A DNA stretch of 32,000 nt, from positions 1,590,001 through 1,622,000 of the forward strand of contig NZ_CP019633.1 in the NCBI RefSeq assembly GCF_001997385.1, read 5' to 3'. Positions 25,609 through 32,000 of the stretch are shown piece after piece. Every line of letters begins with the position of its first letter. The first letter of the stretch is position 1. The position numbers were made by a program, and so were the translations under genes. A model generated the notes under the pieces. It was not told where the DNA came from. It ran no database searches and was given only the letters and a program-made list of their open reading frames with translations. This stretch comes from Sedimentisphaera cyanobacteriorum (lineage in GTDB: Bacteria; Planctomycetota; Phycisphaerae; Sedimentisphaerales; Sedimentisphaeraceae).

Positions 25609-26733
25609 CTACTTTGGGAAACCATTTTTCCTGATATATTCACCAACTTTATGCAGCGTATTTACGTCCTGCTTGTCAAGAGAGCCGTCAGGGAGAGGCC
25701 CTGTATTCAACAGGAGATTAGCATCATAATCAGCAGCATATTTCAAATTATCCAGCACAGAATCAAAACCTCTGTGATTGCCGTCATGTTTTTTGGTATA
25801 TCCCCAGCCGGCAATAGCGGTGCATATCTCAAAAGGCTTTCCGGCTGCCTGTTTTTTCTTTACCTTTTCCTTATCTTTGAGCCAGTGAATCTCAGGGGAA
25901 TAATAATCCTCTTGACCATTGTAGCCCCATTTTGATGTAATCAAACATTGGGGCTGGAGTTTCCGGATAAGCTTGTATGTATCATCAACTCGAAACTTCT
26001 CAATAGGCCCGCTCATAGGAACGCCATGCCCATCAAGCCAAATGCTGGCAATTGGGCCGTATTGAGTAAGCAGCTCATTAATCTGCTGGTGCATATACTC
26101 TATATAAATATCTAAATCGTGCTCCTTGCCGTATTTGTAATACAGCTCAGGCTCATAATACTTCGGGCGTGCAAAGCTTCCCCATTTATCATTATTTGGA
26201 GCATGCGGATGACGCCAATCCCTTCCGTGAGAAAAATAAAGACATAACCCAAGCCCCTTTTTCTCGCAGGCTTCGGCCAGCTCGGCAACAAGATCTCTTT
26301 TTGCTGGCGATTTAACACTGTTGAAATCGGTCGATTTTGTATCAAACAAACAAAAACTGTCGTGATGGCGAGTTGTAATATTCACATACTTCATTTCAGC
26401 GCGAAGAGCCAGATCAGTGATTTCATCAGCATCAAAGTTTTCAGCAGTAAAGAGTTCAATAAGCTTCTCATACTCTTTAACATGTATTTTCTCCTTAATC
26501 TGAACCCATTCCCCCCGTCCAAGCAGACTGTAAAGCCCGTAATGAAGGAAAAGGCCAAACTTTGCTGCTCTAAACCAATCCATTGAAGAAGAATGAGGTT
26601 TGGCAGAGTAATCCTGAGCAAAACCTTTTAAATATGAAGGTGCTGAAGAATTAAACTGACCTGTAGAAAATGCCGGCAAACCTATTAGCCCGGCAGCACC
26701 CATTATTTTGGTAAATTCGCGCCTGTTTAGCAT
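25609..26733 (-). CDS. TAT-exported alpha-L-fucosidase (GH29), catalytic domain only
   Basis: Twin-arginine signal MLNRREFTKIMGAAGLIGLPAFS. GH29 signatures WFRAAKFGLFLHYGLYS and ITTRHHDSFCLFD. Confidence 0.88.
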   Translation of the reverse strand: MLNRREFTKIMGAAGLIGLPAFSTGQFNSSAPSYLKGFAQDYSAKPHSSSMDWFRAAKFGLFLHYGLYSLLGRGEWVQIKEKIHVKEYEKLIELFTAENFDADEITDLALRAEMKYVNITTRHHDSFCLFDTKSTDFNSVKSPAKRDLVAELAEACEKKGLGLCLYFSHGRDWRHPHAPNNDKWGSFARPKYYEPELYYKYGKEHDLDIYIEYMHQQINELLTQYGPIASIWLDGHGVPMSGPIEKFRVDDTYKLIRKLQPQCLITSKWGYNGQEDYYSPEIHWLKDKEKVKKKQAAGKPFEICTAIAGWGYTKKHDGNHRGFDSVLDNLKYAADYDANLLLNTGPLPDGSLDKQDVNTLHKVGEYIRKNGFPK

Positions 26734-27042
26734 TTAGTATTTTCCCTATGAAATACAAAAGAAATAGCAATTCAATCTGTTTACTGTTATATTATATATC
26801 GTAATCCAGTGTATTTTTTTTGCAGCCATTTTTTTGCTTTTTTTTGCTTCACAATAAAGGCAAATACGATTATGCAAGATCATTTCTGTAGATTATTTTT
26901 CATTGAATCTGGATAATCCCCTTAATCAGACCCGTGCAAGAAGTCCGCCAGAGGCGGATGTAACAAATGAACAGCAGATTCCCATTACACCCAACTATCA
27001 GCTTTTGCGATATATAATGTCGAGGCAAGTGTAATTTATTTT

Positions 27043-27061
27043 TTGTTCAAAAATTTCACAA
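27043..27061. promoter_or_regulatory. Rex-operator-like site (imperfect)
   Basis: The sequence is TTGTTCA-AAAAT-TTCACAA. The right arm is a perfect TTCACAA. The left arm matches TTGTGAA at 5 of 7 positions. The spacer is 5 nt rather than the canonical 4. The site ends 5 nt before the -35 hexamer. Confidence 0.3.
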
Positions 27062-27066
27062 AAGGC

Positions 27067-27095
27067 TTGACATTGCGGCCGGATATTGATATATT
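27067..27095 (+). promoter_or_regulatory. Near-consensus sigma70 promoter of the hydS2 cassette
   Basis: TTGACA (27067-27072), a 17-nt spacer, then TATATT (27090-27095). The hydS2 ATG at 27126 is ~25 nt past the predicted start site. Confidence 0.6.
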
Positions 27096-27125
27096 TTTAT
27101 CAAAGTTAAGACAAAGGCCGAAACA

Positions 27126-28853
27126 ATGCAGGAATTAAAACCAATATACACAATAACCACGGACTGTCAGGACTGCTACAAATGCCTTCGGGAATGCCCG
27201 GTGAAGGCGGTGAAGGTATCCTCGGGCAGTGCGAGCGTTGTTCATGAGCTCTGCATAAGCTGCGGGCACTGCCTTAACGTATGCCCGCAGGGTGCAAAGA
27301 GATACCGCAGAGATATTCAGTTCGCCGCAAACACGATATCTAAATACAAGGCTTTGGGCAGGAAAGTGGCTGCTTCTGTTGCGCCGAGCTTTATCTCCGA
27401 ATTTTCTGATCTGCCGGTTTCAAGCTTTATCAAGGCCGTTAAGATGCTTGGCTTTGATATAGTATCAGAAACCGCGCTTGGTGCGGAGCAGGTCTCCGCT
27501 GCCACGGTGAAACACCTCCGCGATGAGAAGCCGGATGTATGCATATCCTCTGCCTGCCCTGTGACGGTAGAGTTTATAAAGAAGTATTACCCGTCTCAGG
27601 GCGAAAGTATAGCCCCGCTGTTCTCACCCCTGCTGGTGCACTGCCGAATGCTCAAGCAGATTTACGGCGAGGATACATCAGTTGTATTCATTGGGCCTTG
27701 TGCAGGCAAGAAGCTGGAGGCCGATTCAAACCCCGAACTGCTCAGCGCTGCGATAACGTTTGAAGAGCTCAGGGGCTGGTTTGAGGCTGAGGGTATAAAC
27801 CCGGAGCATATATCTGAAAATATGGAACGATTCAGCCCGAACAGGGCAGCGAACGGGGCATTGTACCCGGTAGAGGGCGGAATGCTCTCTGGGATAAAGC
27901 ACGGGTGCAGCTCAATTGAGAGCAGTTATGCGTCGTTTTCAGGGATTGAAAATATGCGAAAGGTTATGGAAGACCTTGAGAACAACGAGCCCCCTGCCCC
28001 GCTTTTTCTTGAACTTCTCGCCTGCGAAGGCGGCTGCATAAACGGCCCGCTGGTTTCAGACAAAAAGAAGCTTCTCTCAGGGAGGGCAAGCGTTTTGAAA
28101 TATGCAAACTACCGCAAAGAGAGTATCACAGCAAGCACGAAAGTGGAAACAAGGGGCGAATACAGGATTGAACCGGTAATACCTGCAGAGCACCGACCCG
28201 CTCAGATAAAGCAGGCTCTTGAAAAGGTGGGCAAATACAGCACCGAAGATGAATTAAACTGCGGCTGCTGCGGCTATGATACATGCAGGAATTTCGCTGG
28301 CGCTATGCTCAGCGGAAAGGCCGAACCCTCAATGTGCGTAGGTAATATGCGGAAGATAGCTGCAAGCAAGCTCGACAGCGTTATAAGCGCCCTGCCCTGC
28401 GGGATAATCATCGCAGATTCTGGCAGCAGGGTTGTGGAAAGCAACAGGAAATTTGCAGAGCTTATGGGCGAAGACAATCTCGCTGTTTACGAAAGCTGCG
28501 GCGGGCTGAACGGTGCATCCCTTGAGAAGGTAGTCCCGTTCGACTACTACTTCCAGCAGGTAATCAAGAAAGAAAACGGATTTATAGAAAAGGAAATCAG
28601 CAGTGAAACGGGCGTTCTGAATGTGCAGATTTTCACGATAGAGCAGAATCAGCTGGCAGGCTGCATAGCGCAGGATATAACTGAGCCGGCAGTTGAAAAA
28701 GAGCACATCATCGGCAAGGCGCAGGAAGTGATGGACCAAAACCTCGATACAGTAAAGAAAATAGCCCATCTGCTGGGGGAAAACGCCGCAGCATCGGAGG
28801 ACATACTAAACTCTATAATCAAGAACTTCAGGAAAACGGGGGTGAAAAAATAG
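27126..28853 (+). CDS. hydS: Second sensory-type [FeFe]-hydrogenase homologue (HydS paralogue, PAS-containing)
   Basis: Colinear with the 17979-19739 protein. Motifs: CQDCYKCLRECP, CISCGHCLNVCP, ISSACP (27546-27560), GPCAGKKLE, ELLACEGGCINGP, CGCCGYDTCRNFAGAMLSGKAEPSMC, and PAS-like GIIIADSGSRVVESNRKFAELMG. Confidence 0.88.
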   Translation: MQELKPIYTITTDCQDCYKCLRECPVKAVKVSSGSASVVHELCISCGHCLNVCPQGAKRYRRDIQFAANTISKYKALGRKVAASVAPSFISEFSDLPVSSFIKAVKMLGFDIVSETALGAEQVSAATVKHLRDEKPDVCISSACPVTVEFIKKYYPSQGESIAPLFSPLLVHCRMLKQIYGEDTSVVFIGPCAGKKLEADSNPELLSAAITFEELRGWFEAEGINPEHISENMERFSPNRAANGALYPVEGGMLSGIKHGCSSIESSYASFSGIENMRKVMEDLENNEPPAPLFLELLACEGGCINGPLVSDKKKLLSGRASVLKYANYRKESITASTKVETRGEYRIEPVIPAEHRPAQIKQALEKVGKYSTEDELNCGCCGYDTCRNFAGAMLSGKAEPSMCVGNMRKIAASKLDSVISALPCGIIIADSGSRVVESNRKFAELMGEDNLAVYESCGGLNGASLEKVVPFDYYFQQVIKKENGFIEKEISSETGVLNVQIFTIEQNQLAGCIAQDITEPAVEKEHIIGKAQEVMDQNLDTVKKIAHLLGENAAASEDILNSIIKNFRKTGVKK

Positions 28854-28924
28854 CGCTGGCGGAGAATTTCATAGAGATAGACCACTATCAGGCTCTCAAG
28901 CACGGCCAAAGGCTCTGCGGAGAT

Positions 28925-30034
28925 GTGGTGGAGAAGCTGCGCCTCGAGGATCAGGGAAGGGTGATCACTGCCCTTTGCGACGGCCTCGGGTCGGGCGTGA
29001 AGGCGCACATACTCTCAACGCTGACATCAACAATCGCCACGCACTTTGCAGCCTCAGAATCCAACCTCAGGCGATATGCAGAAATTATAAGCCAGATCCT
29101 GCCGGAATGCAGCGAGAGGAATCTGGGCTATTCCACGTTTACAATTTCAGATATCGATTCGAGCGGACGCAATAAGCTGATAGAGTTTGACAACCCCTCT
29201 GCGATTCTCATAAGAAACGGCAGAATCGAGAGGATAAAGCGCAGGAAAGTTTCAGTAAAATACGGCAAACTCGGCAGCAGAGAGGTTTTCCAGAGCGTAA
29301 TCGATATGCAAAGAGGCGACAGGCTTGCAATCTGCAGCGACGGGGTAACAGAATCAGGCAGAGGCGAAAAAGGTATGCAGTGGGGCTGGGAGGAAGAAAA
29401 TCTTGCGAAATTCTGCGCTGGGATATGCAGCGAAAACAAAGGGCTTTCTGCAAGACAGATGGCAAAGAATATCGTAGAAGCAGCGATAAGAAACGAAGGC
29501 GGGAAGTGCAGTGATGATGCAACGGCTCTTGTGATAAACCTCAGAAGGCCGAAGAAGACACTGCTGGTAACCGGGCCGCCCTCTCAAAGAAAATTCGATG
29601 CATACATCACAGACAGGCTGAAAAATTTCCTCGGGACTAAAATTATCTGCGGCGGAACAACAGCAAAAATAATTGCTGACAAGCTCGGAAGACCTCTGCA
29701 TACACACCCGGCAAACATCGGGGAAGGCCTTCCTCCTGCATCTGAGATTGAAGGGGTAGATCTGGTTACAGAAGGCATACTCACGCTCTCAAAGCTCGAG
29801 GATATGCTTGATACTGCAGGCAGCGGAAGAGCAGAAAACACGCCGGCAGGGGCTTTAATGGAGCTTCTGCTTGAATCGGACATAATAACACTTATAGTAG
29901 GCACGAAAATCAATCAAACCCATCACAATCCGGATTTTCCGATTGATGTAGAGATCCGCAGGAATCTCGCCCGAAGACTGAAGAGGGTGCTTGAGAAAAA
30001 TTATTTGAAGAAAGTTGAGATAGAGCTGGTATGA
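28925..30034 (+). CDS. Second PP2C/SpoIIE-family phosphatase with the same C-terminal domain; the true 5' end lies upstream of the called GTG
   Basis: Motifs ALCDGLGSGVKA, AICSDGVTESG and SDDATALVINL, then ICGGTTAKIIA, VTEGILTLSKL and IVGTKINQTHH. The same frame upstream encodes (K)IALAENFIEIDHYQALKHGQRLCGD. This aligns to the paralogue N-terminus and contains PPM motif I (GD). No ATG, GTG or TTG exists there. Confidence 0.8.
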   Translation: MVEKLRLEDQGRVITALCDGLGSGVKAHILSTLTSTIATHFAASESNLRRYAEIISQILPECSERNLGYSTFTISDIDSSGRNKLIEFDNPSAILIRNGRIERIKRRKVSVKYGKLGSREVFQSVIDMQRGDRLAICSDGVTESGRGEKGMQWGWEEENLAKFCAGICSENKGLSARQMAKNIVEAAIRNEGGKCSDDATALVINLRRPKKTLLVTGPPSQRKFDAYITDRLKNFLGTKIICGGTTAKIIADKLGRPLHTHPANIGEGLPPASEIEGVDLVTEGILTLSKLEDMLDTAGSGRAENTPAGALMELLLESDIITLIVGTKINQTHHNPDFPIDVEIRRNLARRLKRVLEKNYLKKVEIELV

Positions 30035-30288
30035 AAAAAATATTAGTTGAAATATGCACGGGTACAACCTGCCATGTAATGGGTTCAGAGGCGATTATGG
30101 AAATACGGGATATGCTCGCAAGCCGCTTTAAAGATATTGTGGAAATAAAGGCCACAAGCTGCATCGGGCTATGCAGGGAAAGGAATGCTGAGCAGGCTCC
30201 TTTTGTTAAGGTCAACGGGAGGGTCGTTCCCGAGGCGAACCTGCTGAGAGTAACTCAGATGATAAACGAAATAGAGAGGGGCGATTAG
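30031..30288 (+). CDS. Small thioredoxin-like [2Fe-2S] ferredoxin (paralogue of 19749-20012)
   Basis: ATGA overlap with the PP2C2 stop. 85 aa with CTGTTCHVMG ... SCIGLCRERN (C-x4-C ... C-x3-C). The next gene starts immediately after its TAG. Confidence 0.75.
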   Translation: MKKILVEICTGTTCHVMGSEAIMEIRDMLASRFKDIVEIKATSCIGLCRERNAEQAPFVKVNGRVVPEANLLRVTQMINEIERGD

Positions 30289-31710
30289 ATGCTCTCAGAC
30301 AACAACGCCAGCAGGATAGTAAAGAAGCTGCTCGTAGAGACTGCCCGCTTAAGCCTTGAGGAAAACCTCGAGGAGGAGATAGACCGGCTTGTTATCAATA
30401 TGATTCCCAAAAACAGCGCCGCAAACCGGTGCTGCGTGCATAAAGACCGAGCAGTGATAAAATACCGTCTAATGGCAATCTTAGGCCGCAGCATTGAAGA
30501 TGAACAAGACGAGCTCAAGCCCTTGAGCGAATACGCCAAGGAAACTCTCAATCGAGAGAAGATAACAGAGCCCGTGCTTACTGTCATAGATGAGGCCTGC
30601 AGTGCGTGCCCTTCTGGGAGGCATTTTGTAACAAACGTATGCAGAGGCTGCGTTGCGAGGCCTTGTATGGTAAACTGCCCGAAAGATGCCATCGAAATTC
30701 ACAACGGCAGAGCGGAAATCGATGAAGACAGATGCGTAAATTGCGGGATATGCCTGAAGGTATGCCCATACAACGCTATAGTTGAGATCCCCGTGCCCTG
30801 CGAGAGTGCCTGCCCTGTAGGGGCGATAAGCAAAGACCAGAGCGGGAAGGAGAAGATCGACTATTCAAAATGCATCTTCTGCGGCAGATGTATGACCTCG
30901 TGCCCGTTTGGAGCAATTATGGAACGCTCGCAGATTATTGATGTTGCCAAAAAGCTTGCGGAAGGGCGAAGGGTTGCTGCGCTTACAGCCCCCTCGGCTG
31001 CAGGCCAGTTCCCCTGCGATTTCAAACAGCTTAAAGGGGCGATCCTCAAGGCGGGATTCGGCGAGGTGCTGGAGGTGGCCGAAGGGGCAGATATAACAGC
31101 GAAAAAAGAAGCTGAGGAGTTCGAAGAAAAAATCAGAGAAGGACAGAAGTTTATGACATCAAGCTGCTGCCCTGTTTACAAAGAAGCTGCCAAAAAACAC
31201 ATCCCCGAACTGTGGGAGTTTATATCTGATACGCCAACTCCTATGGAATTTGCAGGACGCAGGGCAAAGGCAGACAGTCCCGACTGCATTACGGTATTTA
31301 TAGGCCCCTGCATCGCTAAAAGACAGGAGGCTCTAGAGGGCAGCTCTATCGACCACGTACTAACCTGCGAGGAGCTGGGGGCGATTTTGGTGGCCAAGGA
31401 TATATTCGTACGTGAAACAAACCACGCTGAAACGCTCGGGTCAGCCAGCATTGAGGCGAGAAAATTTGCAGTCTCAGGCGGGGTTACCAACGCCGTGAAA
31501 ACGCACCTTTCCGGCAGCACAGAAATAAAACCGGAGCTTATAGACGGGCTGGACAAAAAAAACATCAAAAAACTCTCTGATATGTGCAAAGCAAACACAG
31601 ATGCCAACTTTGTGGAAGTGATGAACTGCAAAGGCGGTTGTGTAGGCGGGCCGGGAAATCTCAGCTCACCTGCAAGGGCTGCAAAGAGGATTGAAAAATC
31701 ATTCGAATAA
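30289..31710 (+). CDS. Monomeric [FeFe]-hydrogenase, group-B-like (N-terminal helical region, three ferredoxin-type cluster motifs, H-domain)
   Basis: Cluster motifs: CSACPSGRHFVTNVCRGCVARPCMVNCP, CVNCGICLKVCP, CESACP and CIFCGRCMTSCP. H-cluster motifs retain both cysteines: MTSSCCPVY, IGPCIAKRQE and EVMNCKGGCVGGPG. 473 aa. Confidence 0.85.
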   Translation: MLSDNNASRIVKKLLVETARLSLEENLEEEIDRLVINMIPKNSAANRCCVHKDRAVIKYRLMAILGRSIEDEQDELKPLSEYAKETLNREKITEPVLTVIDEACSACPSGRHFVTNVCRGCVARPCMVNCPKDAIEIHNGRAEIDEDRCVNCGICLKVCPYNAIVEIPVPCESACPVGAISKDQSGKEKIDYSKCIFCGRCMTSCPFGAIMERSQIIDVAKKLAEGRRVAALTAPSAAGQFPCDFKQLKGAILKAGFGEVLEVAEGADITAKKEAEEFEEKIREGQKFMTSSCCPVYKEAAKKHIPELWEFISDTPTPMEFAGRRAKADSPDCITVFIGPCIAKRQEALEGSSIDHVLTCEELGAILVAKDIFVRETNHAETLGSASIEARKFAVSGGVTNAVKTHLSGSTEIKPELIDGLDKKNIKKLSDMCKANTDANFVEVMNCKGGCVGGPGNLSSPARAAKRIEKSFE

Positions 31711-31743
31711 TAAAAACTCTTAACCTGCCCATTAACAGCAAAA

Positions 31744-31817
31744 CAGCACTGAGATATTTCAGCCGCTGAGCAGCGCTGAGATATTTCAGCCACTGAGAAA
31801 CGCTAAGATGCGCTAAG
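31744..31817. repeat. Tandem 27-bp repeat and phased heptamer array C(A/G)CT(G/A)AG
   Basis: CAGCACTGAGATATTTCAGCCGCTGAG (31744-31770) is followed directly by CAGCGCTGAGATATTTCAGCCACTGAG (31771-31797), with 2 mismatches. Heptamers occur at 31747, 31764, 31774, 31791, 31801 and 31811, giving spacings of 17, 10, 17, 10 and 10 nt. A T7 run follows at 31820-31826. Confidence 0.85.
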
Positions 31818-32000
31818 GATTTTTTTAGACAGGGCTTTATAGGTTCAAGGCAATGATAAGGCAGAAGTTTTTACTCCTGCAGCTGCCGCTGACCCGAGTC
31901 CACCTCGTCCACCTTGTCCGGCAGATAATCTTCCATGATTTTTCACTGATGATTTTGATTGCGCGAATTGCTAACATTTTATAACTCTTCTGTTTAAATT

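Noticed and set aside
26814-26850. T-rich repeats (TTTTTTTTTGC, TTTTTTTGC, TTTTTTTTGC) that could be terminators or a repeat element
   Set aside because: There are no preceding GC hairpins. They sit in a divergent promoter region where A/T tracts are expected, and the evidence is insufficient for a feature call.
31176-31793. A 205-aa ORF on the - strand overlapping the end of the monomeric hydrogenase gene
   Set aside because: It is antisense to a gene with clear H-cluster motifs. Its N-terminus (MAEISQRCSAAEISQCC) is just the translation of the 27-bp tandem repeat. It is a shadow ORF.
31744-31797. Possible CRISPR array
   Set aside because: There are only two directly abutting 27-bp copies with no spacers, and no cas genes in the window.

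Overview
This 32-kb chromosomal window comes from what looks like an anaerobic, sugar-fermenting bacterium. The gene content would fit a PVC/planctomycete-like fermenter, but that is inference only. I saw no rRNA, tRNA, CRISPR array, transposase or integrase.

Layout:
- 1-8787 (+): tail of a secretion-ATPase-like gene, a CvpA-like membrane protein, a tail-anchored Ser/Thr kinase, a secreted protein with a duplicated N-terminal module, TrkA/KtrA, a Cof-type HAD hydrolase and DNA polymerase I.
- 8788-10837 (+): a sharply AT-rich 2-kb islet between polA and lpdA. It holds a translationally coupled pair: an ABC/AAA_21-like ATPase and a small protein with a PD-(D/E)xK-like nuclease motif. This is a candidate defence or abortive-infection module that I cannot assign to a named system. 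The ATPase frame carries an in-frame TAA at codon 6, between its ATG and its Walker A motif.
- 10838-12223 (+): dihydrolipoyl dehydrogenase.
- 12347-20680 (-): one tightly packed 7-gene unit, rex, small [2Fe-2S] protein, sensory [FeFe]-hydrogenase HydS (PAS), PP2C/SpoIIE phosphatase, then hydC, hydB, hydA. The last three encode a trimeric NuoE/NuoF-type, bifurcating-type [FeFe]-hydrogenase.
- 20681-21423: a 740-bp gap with no convincing gene.
- 21424-26733 (-): a lower-GC glycan cluster with two GH29 fucosidases, an SGNH esterase and a beta-propeller GH-like protein.
- 27126-31710 (+): a second, paralogous and permuted sensory cassette, hydS2, PP2C2, [2Fe-2S] protein and a monomeric group-B-like [FeFe]-hydrogenase. 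It sits behind a near-consensus promoter with a Rex-box-like site.

The hydS2/PP2C2 junction is odd. The conserved PP2C N-terminus lies in the -1 frame with no ATG, GTG or TTG, immediately after an A6 run and the hydS2 stop. A phased heptamer array follows the last hydrogenase gene.
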